From: a virus
Direction: 5' to 3' (one strand)
IMG/VR virus record: IMGVR_UViG_3300010397_000044
Coordinates: 14,735-78,734 of that record
Length of the DNA stretch: 64,000 bases
Of the stretch, positions 47,734 through 56,461 are shown piece after piece; the stretch's first letter is position 1; each line of letters begins with the position of its first letter. The notes under the pieces are model-generated. The model searched no databases, was not told the DNA's origin, and saw only the letters and a program-made list of their open reading frames with translations. A program made the translations under genes and the position numbers.

Positions 47734-47838
47734 TCGATAAGCCTACATCTCCTTTTCCTCAAATAAGAGGTCTTATAATACTTGGATTTATTTTATATTT
47801 GTTATTTGCATAATGATTCAACAGTTAGTTTTTGGGTA

Positions 47839-47870
47839 ATCCCGGCTATTCTTGGCTGGGATTCTTTTTT
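47839..47870 (+). terminator. intrinsic terminator at the end of the plus-strand block
   Basis: atcccggc-tattcttg-gctgggat followed by a T-run. Confidence 0.7.
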
Positions 47871-47940
47871 AAATGAATAAAGGGAGCCGATATAATATCG
47901 AACTCCCTTAGTGAGTACGCTAGTACCTCCTTATGAAACA

Positions 47941-48111
47941 TTATTTATGCGTCAAACAATAGACAACCACTAGCAACACCAATACAACCAATCCTAAAGC
48001 ACACATAGCAAGAATAAATAGCTTCTGTATGCTCCTTCTAGTCGTCTCCATGTCTGATAAGCCTTTTTCAAATTCCTTTTTAGAAGGCCAATATTGAATT
48101 TCCTTTCTCAT
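47941..48111 (-). CDS. small membrane protein
   Basis: Start MRKEIQ; C-terminal TM helix. Confidence 0.5.
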   Translation of the reverse strand: MRKEIQYWPSKKEFEKGLSDMETTRRSIQKLFILAMCALGLVVLVLLVVVYCLTHK

Positions 48112-48112
48112 A

Positions 48113-48307
48113 TTAATCAATTTCAATTGGTTCCACACGAGTATCAAATAACTCCTCATCCAATACTACTGACTCTGCTGATTCCATTGTAAGAAAGGTG
48201 TGAGCCTTGGATAGATCATCTGTCCAACCCCAATCCCCCCAATATAAAAAGGTAGTCGCTAATGGTTCTTTTTGAGGGGAAACAATGCAATATAGGGTAT
48301 GTAACAT
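48113..48307 (-). CDS. hypothetical protein
   Basis: GWTDDLSKAHTF motif common in small phage proteins. Confidence 0.6.
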   Translation of the reverse strand: MLHTLYCIVSPQKEPLATTFLYWGDWGWTDDLSKAHTFLTMESAESVVLDEELFDTRVEPIEID

Positions 48308-48316
48308 AAGATAGAA

Positions 48317-48508
48317 TTATAATTCATTAAATTTGTCAATAGCTGCGGTAGGACTATTGGTAATCAATTTTACCACTCCTTCGTATGACACCTCAAAATT
48401 ACCAGCCCCCGTGAAATATAGTCTTCTTTTGCCATCGCTGGCGTACAATAATTTAGATTCATTAAGCCATTGGAGCAGGTCTATGATGTCTAATTCTAAT
48501 CGTTTCAT
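48317..48508 (-). CDS. hypothetical protein
   Basis: ORF coupled within the minus-strand operon. Confidence 0.55.
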   Translation of the reverse strand: MKRLELDIIDLLQWLNESKLLYASDGKRRLYFTGAGNFEVSYEGVVKLITNSPTAAIDKFNEL

Positions 48509-48762
48509 TTGTGGTGATTTTCTTTATTTGCTTCTTCTAAAATTGACATTGCAAAAGATAATGATTTAGCGGCTATCTGTTGACCTGTATGAGAGTGGTA
48601 GATTGGATTAGAAACCATTCCTTGACCGATCATAAGAGCGGCATATTCAAGTTTAGTAAAGCCTTCAGCCCCCTCTACCATTTGTCCAGCCGCAAAAGGT
48701 TTATTGTCAATTGGGTGGAGTATGATTTGCTGTGCGAAGGCCGGTGATTTTAAGTTATCCAT
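48505..48762 (-). CDS. hypothetical phage protein
   Basis: PAF...GFTKLEYAALMIGQGMVSNP, resembling the common GMTxRxYFAA small phage protein family. Confidence 0.65.
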   Translation of the reverse strand: MDNLKSPAFAQQIILHPIDNKPFAAGQMVEGAEGFTKLEYAALMIGQGMVSNPIYHSHTGQQIAAKSLSFAMSILEEANKENHHK

Positions 48763-48846
48763 TTATTTACTTTTTAGTTAAATGAATTAATGATACCGGT
48801 GCTCCAATAGATTCATGATAAAATCCTATGTATAGAGTATGATCCT

Positions 48847-49023
48847 TTATTTGCCCGTGAATTTGTCTCCGTCTTTTGCCAGCGGCATTTCTTCCGGCCA
48901 ATCGATAGCTTCAACATTACATGACGGTGCTAATCTGTCTATCTCTTTACTCATTACATGCTGGTTATAAAAAGATAAGCCTAGCATAAGGAATAAAACG
49001 GCGATTAAAAGGTTCTTTTTCAT
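48847..49023 (-). CDS. small exported/membrane protein (58 aa, possibly frameshift-truncated)
   Basis: MKKNLLIAVLFLMLGLSFYNQ... Confidence 0.45.
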   Translation of the reverse strand: MKKNLLIAVLFLMLGLSFYNQHVMSKEIDRLAPSCNVEAIDWPEEMPLAKDGDKFTGK

Positions 49024-49029
49024 AAGAGG

Positions 49030-49209
49030 TTATTTAAACACTTTGATATCTTTACCTAATTCACATCCATTGGGGCATTTATAATGCCTTTCGGTTTTCA
49101 CAATTAGGACCTTATACGATATTGTAGTCGTATTGCCTTCTTTCTTTCTGGCTGGCGAAAGTCTTTGTGATTTAAGATACATCCCGCAGTGACACATATA
49201 TTTTGCCAT
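49030..49209 (-). CDS. Zn-finger-like small protein
   Basis: CHCG...CPNGC. Confidence 0.5.
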   Translation of the reverse strand: MAKYMCHCGMYLKSQRLSPARKKEGNTTTISYKVLIVKTERHYKCPNGCELGKDIKVFK

Positions 49210-49248
49210 AAGATAATTTTTTAAAATGAACAATGTATTTATACCTAT

Positions 49249-50004
49249 TTATTGAACTATGGAATATTCGTTGTATCCATGGCTATCGGACGCTCCAATT
49301 AACTTTACCGGCTCAGTTGCTCCCATGACCCATATTCCCCAGCCTTTACGAGGGTCTAATTTTGACATGTCTATTTCATCCACAATATCCCCTTGGTTAA
49401 GCTTATCCCATTCTTTCCCGACTACTGAACGTAAATCGCCAATCTTTATTTTTCTGCCAGTTGGCCTATTGGGGGCCTTAGATTTATATTCGGATTCCCA
49501 AGCGAGTCTTTTTTCTTCTCTTTTTATAGCAGGCGTTAAAAACGTAATCGGGATAAATTCGTTGTCTCCTTTTAATTGTATGATCTCAAACAATCTCATA
49601 GAATAAGCAAGCGCATCGTATTTTTTAGGGTCTAATTCATGATATCCGTCATCCTCTCCTTTTGTTTTATTCCATTTTTGGACCCATACATAGGATAAAT
49701 CTTCCACGATAAGTTTAATATTCTTTTCGACTTCGTAATTGTCTATGATTATCCTTAGAGGTTCTTTTCTGTATTTAATAAGTACATCTGTAAGCAATTT
49801 TTGAATAGATGCCATGTACACAAAAGTGGTATTAAATATGAGTACATCGCACCAATTAATGAGCTTAGCCAGTTCTTGCCCATTATTATAAACATTGGTT
49901 ATCACTTTCACTTCAGCACCTTTTCGCTTTTCGCGTTTTACCCATCTACTAGCAGGCTGTTCGGGCTTGACTTTAATATCAGCCTCTACGTGCAATATTT
50001 TCAT
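49249..50004 (-). CDS. hypothetical protein (251 aa)
   Basis: Long ORF; GIWVMGATEPVKL motif. Confidence 0.7.
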   Translation of the reverse strand: MKILHVEADIKVKPEQPASRWVKREKRKGAEVKVITNVYNNGQELAKLINWCDVLIFNTTFVYMASIQKLLTDVLIKYRKEPLRIIIDNYEVEKNIKLIVEDLSYVWVQKWNKTKGEDDGYHELDPKKYDALAYSMRLFEIIQLKGDNEFIPITFLTPAIKREEKRLAWESEYKSKAPNRPTGRKIKIGDLRSVVGKEWDKLNQGDIVDEIDMSKLDPRKGWGIWVMGATEPVKLIGASDSHGYNEYSIVQ

Positions 50005-50038
50005 AACATTTAATTATAGTTAACAATAAAGCCATACC

Positions 50039-50263
50039 TTACTTGTTCTTTAAAACCCATCCTATAATCATAGGTAAAGTATTTAAATATGGTCTCTCCC
50101 CCAACAGTTTGTTGGCCAGATTTTCGCATTCTACACAAATATCGTTAACGTCCTCTATGGTATAATCCTCATCTTCTTCGAATGAATCCGCACCACAATT
50201 TTGCGCCATGGAAGCAATCCACATTCTAGCTATCTCCTTTTTCTGTCTCTTTGTCATAATCAA
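50039..50263 (-). CDS. hypothetical protein
   Basis: ORF in minus-strand arm. Confidence 0.55.
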   Translation of the reverse strand: MIMTKRQKKEIARMWIASMAQNCGADSFEEDEDYTIEDVNDICVECENLANKLLGERPYLNTLPMIIGWVLKNK

Positions 50264-50418
50264 TTGTAATTGACAATAAAGTTGTACCTAGTACGTAGAA
50301 CATATTGTATACGTTCCATATCCCGCCATATAGGAAAGCGATATTCGGGGCCTACTTTTTTCTTCTGCACATTCAGCCGCTCGAAGGCTATGATTAGTTT
50401 GTCTTTCATATTTGTATT

Positions 50419-50631
50419 TTAATTGTTATACCAATAGTCTACGCCAATTTTAGCGGCTTCAAAACATTGGAGGATTGTTGCGGTTGGCTCCTCTGCTCTT
50501 AGCCTTTTGTAGACCTTATAAAGAAGTCGAAGCCTATTTGACCACTCGCTATACATGATAGGCCTTAGCGAGGGGATTTCTGGGTTAAAATATCTGTGGT
50601 ACATATTAATGTCTTTTACTGCCAAATCCAC
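50419..50631 (-). CDS. hypothetical protein
   Basis: ORF in minus-strand arm; start uncertain. Confidence 0.45.
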   Translation of the reverse strand: MDLAVKDINMYHRYFNPEIPSLRPIMYSEWSNRLRLLYKVYKRLRAEEPTATILQCFEAAKIGVDYWYNN

Positions 50632-50672
50632 GCCCTGGTATTGGTGCGCGGCTGGCAGTATTGAAACCGTCC

Positions 50673-50888
50673 TTAAATGAATGCTTTTTCGGGGCTTTTT
50701 CTGGGGCGTGGCATAGGTTCTGGTTGTTGTACCTCTCCGCCATGCTCGTAAATGAATTCAGCCAACTTATCCCTATCCATAAGCTTCTTTTTCCCTATTA
50801 GTACTAGCTCCCTTTCCGCATCCATAAGAGCATAGAGGTTATTAAAGAACCATTCATCTTGCTTGGTTAATGACTTTTTCCTTTTCAT
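50673..50888 (-). CDS. hypothetical protein
   Basis: ORF in minus-strand arm. Confidence 0.55.
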   Translation of the reverse strand: MKRKKSLTKQDEWFFNNLYALMDAERELVLIGKKKLMDRDKLAEFIYEHGGEVQQPEPMPRPRKSPEKAFI

Positions 50889-51199
50889 ATATAAAGATTA
50901 AAAGAGAATAAATTTTAGACCACATTGATCAGGCCTTAATGTACGAAGCCGATAAGAGCGACTTAAATAATACACTCCAATTAGATGCTTGTTAGTCCTA
51001 ATTCCTAAGGACCAGCCATGTTCAGATTTAGACGTAACTAGTTTCATATAGATAATTTTAAATAAACAATACAATTAAGCTAAACAAGGAATAAGATAAA
51101 TAGAATCCACGAACAAGCACCAAATAGCCATCATAAACTTGTCTTTCTTTGGTCCTTTAGCTGCTAATAATACACAGAGAGTAATCATAAAATGAGGGT

Positions 51200-51535
51200 T
51201 TATTTTTTGGATTTAGTAGCATATTTAGGAAACGAAGCATTGCACAGCCTTCTTTCCACTCCAAGGCTATCGCAATAGCTATCTATGGCAGCTTGTAAAG
51301 CGAGGCCGATTGTATCACCTCTCCATGATAGATCAAATCGAGACAGGTTTTCTATCCTACAAGATCCAATATTAATCCTATCGCCCGCGTTATCTCCGGT
51401 TGATTCGAAAGTTGCAAGAAAAGTGCTACCACAGTTCTTCATCTCGTTTGCGTATTCAGGAGCTTCAAAAAGAACTGAATGAAAGCCAATTCCGGAAACT
51501 CCATTGCGCTGATATTTAACTTTTAAGATATTCAT
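51200..51535 (-). CDS. hypothetical phage protein
   Basis: YQRNGVSGIGFH...SWRGD motifs. Confidence 0.65.
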   Translation of the reverse strand: MNILKVKYQRNGVSGIGFHSVLFEAPEYANEMKNCGSTFLATFESTGDNAGDRINIGSCRIENLSRFDLSWRGDTIGLALQAAIDSYCDSLGVERRLCNASFPKYATKSKK

Positions 51536-51559
51536 AACTAGCTTCTATTTAAAAAAGGG

Positions 51560-51844
51560 TTATTTAATAAGTCTACAAGTATAATAATGGTTGGCTAGCA
51601 TTACCCAATTAATTAGGCCGTCTTTTGTCCAATAAGCTCGCCCAGACTTGTAAGTAAAATCATAGAGGCCAAAATCAGAAATATCAGCCTTACGCCATTC
51701 GGATTTTTGGCAATTTGACGATGCATCAAAAGCATAGTCGTCTGTAAGTATAATATCTGTCTTTATCTCAACATTCCCAGCTGCTATTTGCTTTTTTAGC
51801 CATCCACGGTTGACAGTTCCGGATGTTTTTGTTTGATTGTTCAT
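51560..51844 (-). CDS. hypothetical phage protein
   Basis: TVNRGWLKKQ..LTDDYAFDA. Confidence 0.65.
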   Translation of the reverse strand: MNNQTKTSGTVNRGWLKKQIAAGNVEIKTDIILTDDYAFDASSNCQKSEWRKADISDFGLYDFTYKSGRAYWTKDGLINWVMLANHYYTCRLIK

Positions 51845-51876
51845 ATAATATTTTTATTTAATTAAATGTGTAACGA

Positions 51877-52083
51877 TTAGTATCCAACTAAATCAGAGAT
51901 TGGGAGTTTGATATTTAATATCATAGGAATAGCGCCAGCCCAACCGCCGTATTCGGTATCAATCCACACGTTTTTGCGCCCTACCTTAGTCACAATCCCG
52001 CGTATGCCTTCGCCAGCGACCACACCAGCCATCCGCTGGGGCGGTTTTTGTTGTACTTGCTGTCCTATCTGTAACTTATTCAT
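51877..52083 (-). CDS. SH3/KOW-like small protein
   Basis: MNKLQIGQQV...GIVTKVGRKNVWI. Confidence 0.55.
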   Translation of the reverse strand: MNKLQIGQQVQQKPPQRMAGVVAGEGIRGIVTKVGRKNVWIDTEYGGWAGAIPMILNIKLPISDLVGY

Positions 52084-52331
52084 AATCAAAAGTTTTTCTA
52101 CCTCAAAAGCCGGGACCATTTACGGTGCCCGGCGTCGAAATAAAATATGAAACGATTAGTTGCAGACTTCAATCAGCCTTAAGAATTTATATGAGCAACC
52201 CCTAATTTCTAAAAGGGCAGAGCTCAGGTGTCCCCATTCGGCCTTTCCCTTATTAGCCGTCCATCCGTGAGGAGAGAGGAATCGACGGCTATCTTTTACA
52301 TCAACAATAAGGAATTTCATAACTGTTATTT

Positions 52332-52538
52332 TTAATTAGATGATTTAATATAGTTAGCGAATTCCAAAAGGAGAATAAACACACCCTTCTCATTAAGTGA
52401 CTCTTTACGGCTATTCATGAATTCAACGCAATCGCGCAGGATGTCCGCGCCGCTTTTGTCTTCATTGCGGTATTTCTCTTCGAGAGAAAGGATATCTTTA
52501 ATTTCTGAGTCAAGAGGTGTGATGATTGGAGGATACAT
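52332..52538 (-). CDS. hypothetical protein
   Basis: First ORF after the promoter/operator at about 52590-52630. Confidence 0.5.
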   Translation of the reverse strand: MYPPIITPLDSEIKDILSLEEKYRNEDKSGADILRDCVEFMNSRKESLNEKGVFILLLEFANYIKSSN

Positions 52539-52585
52539 AGTGTTTGTTTAATTAGAGTGATTTAATTATCGTTCCCGTTAACAAG

Positions 52586-52630
52586 ATAAAGATAATACAC
52601 AATTGAACATTGAACAAATAATTGGGTAAG
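52586..52630 (-). promoter_or_regulatory. early promoter with TTGAACA tandem repeat, copy 1
   Basis: ttgaacattgaacaaata at 52603-52620 followed by attgggta. Confidence 0.55.
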
Positions 52631-52661
52631 TATTTCACAAGATTACCCATAAACCCCTAGA

Positions 52662-52871
52662 CTAATTGGGTAGAATGATCCAAATGCGGTTTTTATCGCC
52701 TTCTAATTCATATTTGAACCATAATTCCCGTGTTGCACCGATATGATTATGATCGCATCCCAAATCCTGGCGTATAAGCCTATAGAGGTAACTCCATGAC
52801 ATTTTATGCCCGCGTCTGGTCAATTTTTTATTGTACTTCTCTGCGTATTCTTTAATACTAACCTTCTTCAT
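52662..52871 (-). CDS. putative DNA-binding protein
   Basis: VSIKEYAEK...MSWSYLYRLIR, HTH/excisionase-like pattern. Confidence 0.5.
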   Translation of the reverse strand: MKKVSIKEYAEKYNKKLTRRGHKMSWSYLYRLIRQDLGCDHNHIGATRELWFKYELEGDKNRIWIILPN

Positions 52872-53221
52872 GCTATTATTGCCTTTATTTTCTGAATTGC
52901 TAAATTAATCTCCTCGCCGTCCACTATCTCAATATCTACAATATTGACAAACGGATAATCGCTCTTCAGGTCCGATATTTTGCCCTTGTTGCGCCTCTTA
53001 TCGGAGTTATGGTAATCACCAAGCGTTATATTAATGATAGTGGTTATCCCATCTTCAATTTCTTCCCTGAAATAATCCCAATCAGGAGTATGATCTTTGA
53101 CGCGAATGAGATTGGTCCCACTTCTGGCATAGCCGCAAGACAATTGATTGGCTACAAAACCAAGCGCTTCTCTAATGTCATATTCTACAACGCCTACATT
53201 ATCGTGAGATAAATACATCAT
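52868..53221 (-). CDS. hypothetical protein
   Basis: Start reassigned to MMYLSHD just downstream of the promoter; LIRVKDH motif. Confidence 0.55.
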   Translation of the reverse strand: MMYLSHDNVGVVEYDIREALGFVANQLSCGYARSGTNLIRVKDHTPDWDYFREEIEDGITTIINITLGDYHNSDKRRNKGKISDLKSDYPFVNIVDIEIVDGEEINLAIQKIKAIIA

Positions 53222-53225
53222 AAAA

Positions 53226-53280
53226 CAAATGTACATTGAATATTGAACAATACAGCTAGTGGTAATGGGTAATTTTGAAA
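53226..53280 (-). promoter_or_regulatory. early promoter (TACATTTG on minus strand) with repeat, copy 2
   Basis: caaatgta at 53226-53233; ttgaatattgaacaata; tagtggtaatgggtaatttt. Confidence 0.6.
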
Positions 53281-53314
53281 AGACAACGACTAACTGTCGT
53301 GTCTCAATAGGCAA

Positions 53315-53557
53315 TTAATCGGCTTTTGCCTCGAACTTGCAATACAAGTCCATGTCTTGGTGTAACGTTACCAACAAATGGGCGCTTTCGCTATTGCCGT
53401 CAGCATTGGCAATAATCACCGAATACTGAGCAATCCACGCATCGTATTGCCTACGTGCGTCTGCATAATGCACGAATTCAAGGTCTAACGTGTTTTCACC
53501 CTTCTCATTGGTTAGCCACCATTTTAATGTTACTTGGTACATAGGTAATGTTGTCAT
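53315..53557 (-). CDS. hypothetical protein
   Basis: ORF downstream of promoter copy 3. Confidence 0.55.
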   Translation of the reverse strand: MTTLPMYQVTLKWWLTNEKGENTLDLEFVHYADARRQYDAWIAQYSVIIANADGNSESAHLLVTLHQDMDLYCKFEAKAD

Positions 53558-53572
53558 TGGTTAGTGACAATA

Positions 53573-53626
53573 CAAATATATTGAACATTGAACAAATATA
53601 CAATAGTGGTAATTGGGTATTTTCAA
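53573..53626 (-). promoter_or_regulatory. early promoter (TATATTTG on minus strand) with repeat, copy 3
   Basis: caaatata at 53573-53580; ttgaacattgaacaaata; tagtggtaattgggtatttt. Confidence 0.6.
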
Positions 53627-53638
53627 CAAATGATGCAT

Positions 53639-53842
53639 TTATTTTTTGGGCCTGCCAACTGGCTGAAGATCGGGTGCTGTGCGCTTGTCTACTAAATGCC
53701 TTCTATGATCTGCTCCCGGCAATACCACATATTTAATCTGTTCGCGGGTGATCCATGAACTAATTGTACTGCGTGGTATGCCCATTTCTTTAGCCAATGC
53801 TGCGGGAGTAACCCAATTACTGTCTAATTCTTCAATATTCAT
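53639..53842 (-). CDS. helix-turn-helix DNA-binding protein
   Basis: WVTPAALAKEMGIPRSTISSWITREQI; C-terminal GRPKK. Confidence 0.75.
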   Translation of the reverse strand: MNIEELDSNWVTPAALAKEMGIPRSTISSWITREQIKYVVLPGADHRRHLVDKRTAPDLQPVGRPKK

Positions 53843-53931
53843 AAACGTTTACTTCTTCTACCGTCAAACCCCGCCTAAATCAATAGAACGGGGTGAACGA
53901 CTTGCAAAACTTTGCAAGAAAAGCAAGAATA

Positions 53932-54411
53932 TTAAGCGTTAACGCTATTTTTTTCAATTAATTCAGCCAATAAAGCCTTTGCTCTGTTGGCCTCCTCAAG
54001 CCATCCTGCCCGCAATCCATCAACCCAATAAGAAAAGGATTCTTTTGAGGTTATCTCCTTCTTTACTTTTGCTGAAATCATTAAATCTACTCTCATATAA
54101 TCCGCAAAAACTTCAAGGGAAGAATTGCGCATATGATAGAATCCGTTTTCTATGGCATACATTGGAGCGCCAGATTCGTTGGATAAATGAAGGTCCACGA
54201 ATATTTTTAAAGACGGCATTTTGCTAAGTATATCCTCATGGCAGCACCCACATCGATCTATATTTCTATCTGATAAAATGTTACTGCCTTTTCTCCAAAT
54301 ATCTGCCGTAATAGCCCAATCGTTATGGCCATTATTGCAAGGATCAGACAGTCTAATATGTATGTGCATTGGCTCGCCATGTACTGTGTGGGTTTTAATT
54401 GTCGTGTTCAT
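53932..54411 (-). CDS. hypothetical early protein
   Basis: C.NGH..WAITADI, CGCCHEDI, LHLSNESGAPMYAIENGFYH; first gene of the minus-strand arm. Confidence 0.7.
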   Translation of the reverse strand: MNTTIKTHTVHGEPMHIHIRLSDPCNNGHNDWAITADIWRKGSNILSDRNIDRCGCCHEDILSKMPSLKIFVDLHLSNESGAPMYAIENGFYHMRNSSLEVFADYMRVDLMISAKVKKEITSKESFSYWVDGLRAGWLEEANRAKALLAELIEKNSVNA

Positions 54412-54441
54412 TTTGCAAAGTTTTAATTGTTATTGATAACA

Positions 54442-54449
54442 CAAACATA
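54442..54449 (-). promoter_or_regulatory. -7 promoter (TATGTTTG) of the minus-strand arm
   Basis: Exact consensus, flanked by two gatgcatta repeats. Confidence 0.6.
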
Positions 54450-55234
54450 CGATGCATTACTAAATATTGCAAACAAATGATGCATTATTCATAAAAAATA
54501 CCCATTTACATGAACAGCCCCCCCCCCCCTCACCAACCAATATCTCATCCCTGACCAACCAATCGCCCTCAATCAATTACACAACACATTGAAAAACAGT
54601 TTGCCGCTGGCTCATATCACTTTTCCAAACCAATGACAACAGTCATAACAACCAATCCAATCTCGTTTGGCCGATCAAAAACTTTAGGCCGGCCCTCAAT
54701 TTAAGCCCGTTTTCGCCCTGGCGATTGACCCCGACACAAACCTGCGTCCAACCCCCGATCCTGCCTCTATGGGCCTGTAATGGCTTTATAGCCCACAAAA
54801 CAGTTGCTTGCGAACCAAGGCCAAAGACCTTCCTTGAAATTCATTTCTTTTTCTGCCGTGGTTTTAAACGGCGGATTCACGCCACCCGGTCTAGGAACTT
54901 GACTTGCCCAAGGGCGCGGCCTCGCTCTAAAGGACGGGGGTATCCAGCGAAGGAGAGCCCATAGCTTTGTTGTTTTTCTATTTAGGCGGGGATTGGTATT
55001 GCTTTTCTAAAACGGGCTGTATTTGGCTTAAAATGCGTCTGGTTTGATTCCGAAAACCAAAAGTTCGATGCCGCCGGTTGATTCTAGCGGAAATTCCCCC
55101 GGCCGGAAGGGCCGCCCCGTTTGTTGCGTTGGACACCTGAATACGCTTGTGTGGACCTTTCTCCTAATTTTTGGGTTTGTTGGGGGTAAGTGGGTATAAA
55201 TTAGCGCCGCTTGGTATATGTCGTAGCGAGTAAT

Positions 55235-55242
55235 TACATTTG
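55235..55242 (+). promoter_or_regulatory. -7 promoter (TACATTTG)
   Basis: Exact consensus, 12 nt before the XRE gene. Confidence 0.6.
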
Positions 55243-55253
55243 CTAAAAACACC

Positions 55254-55607
55254 ATGCAAACATTGGGAGAACTTTTAAAGGTTGGCCGGGAAGGTCAAGG
55301 GTTCACATTAAGGCAAGTTGAGGAGGCGACGGGGGTATCAAATGCCTACCTAAGTCAGTTGGAAAACGGGAAGATTAAACGGCCATCGGCTAATGTCTTG
55401 TATAAGCTGGCGCAGATTTACAAAATGACTTTGGACGAACTGTTGAAGGCCTCCGGGATGATCGTGGTCAAGCAGCCGCCTGAGGTTGTCGTTGTGAATA
55501 ATAAAGCACTTGGTCCTATGCTGATTACCGACGACGAGGAATCGCAGCTTTTGGAATACCTTAGATGGCTTCGTTTTAAAAAGCAGCAAAAGTTCCCCAT
55601 CGTGTAA
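55254..55607 (+). CDS. XRE-family HTH transcriptional regulator
   Basis: TLRQVEEATGVSNAYLSQLENGKIKRPS..LYKLA. Confidence 0.92.
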   Translation: MQTLGELLKVGREGQGFTLRQVEEATGVSNAYLSQLENGKIKRPSANVLYKLAQIYKMTLDELLKASGMIVVKQPPEVVVVNNKALGPMLITDDEESQLLEYLRWLRFKKQQKFPIV

Positions 55608-55663
55608 GTGGGTAGTTTTAGTCGGTTATTCGGAAATTCCGAAAGGGTGCTATATCTTGGTCA

Positions 55664-55930
55664 CGAATAGTTGGTGATCGCTTTTTGAAAAACTGTTTGG
55701 ACAAGGGTTCGAATCCCTTCACCTCCACCGCTTCAGCCATTGGGTTGAGTATTGCCGGCCGCCTTGAGTAAGCGGCCATTTTGGGGGTGCCCGGTTTTGA
55801 CAGCAGCCTAGTAGGATTGCAGGAGATTATTCGAAACAACAAAAGACAAAGGTGTAATACCTTTCGGTGGCGGCTTCATGAAAGCTGCGGCCTAACGTGA
55901 CTGGCCCCCAACGATATCGGGGGCTTTTTT
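55664..55930 (+). ncRNA. ssrA: circularly permuted (two-piece) tmRNA
   Basis: Acceptor piece (T-arm AAGGG-TTCGAAT-CCCTT, CACCTCC-A at 55720-55727) lies before the 5' piece GGGGGTG at 55783; G3-U70 pair; tag frame 55845-55895 DKGVIPFGGGFMKAAA*; terminator 55903-55930. Confidence 0.88.
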
Positions 55931-55960
55931 ATTTCCTATTAGTTGTGTAGCTTTAGATGT

Positions 55961-56146
55961 ATGAACAAAGGGCGGCGACAAGAATTAAAAATGCTTCACT
56001 TTAAAAAGAGGATGAAGAAAATGAGACTCATTCATCCAGATGGGAACTACTATGCCTATCGATCCCATTCTACCCCTTGTTCTTGCTGGTGTTGTCGAGG
56101 AGACAAATACAATCGCGCTAAAGATAAAAGATACGGAAATTCGTAA
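55961..56146 (+). CDS. small basic Cys-rich protein
   Basis: PCSCWCC motif. Confidence 0.6.
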   Translation: MNKGRRQELKMLHFKKRMKKMRLIHPDGNYYAYRSHSTPCSCWCCRGDKYNRAKDKRYGNS

Positions 56147-56221
56147 ATAAGAGTAAAAAGTTTATCTTATCTTCGATTTATTAGCTGTGACCAATTCCGG
56201 CCAGCATAAATTAAATAAATC

Positions 56222-56461
56222 ATGGAAAGCAAGATCACAATCGAAATTCACGATGACGGCCAGCCGTATTTGTACATCAAATTTAATCCTAGTCCAGACT
56301 TGCGGGATAAAGTGCTGGGAATGTTTTTAACTAGTACCGGCGCTCTTGATCCGGAAAACAAAGGAAAGCCCGTAGGATTATCGCTGAGTGTTTTGGACAT
56401 TAACCAAAAAACATTTGATTGCATTGCTCTAATAGAGCCAGCAGCTTATCAACCATCATAA
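56222..56461 (+). CDS. hypothetical protein
   Basis: Promoter-like TATCTTCG at 56168; A-rich leader. Confidence 0.6.
   Translation: MESKITIEIHDDGQPYLYIKFNPSPDLRDKVLGMFLTSTGALDPENKGKPVGLSLSVLDINQKTFDCIALIEPAAYQPS

Noticed and set aside
52586-53626. CRISPR array or mini-array
   Set aside because: Repeats are short, hundreds of bases apart, separated by genes and tied to promoters
54725-55255. 79-aa and 75-aa ORFs in the divergence region
   Set aside because: No typical leader and unnatural composition
55699-55730. Stand-alone tRNA or attP tRNA fragment
   Set aside because: It pairs with the downstream GGGGGTG piece and tag frame, so it is better explained as a permuted tmRNA
55618-55842. 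74-aa minus-strand ORF
   Set aside because: Antisense shadow of the tmRNA gene
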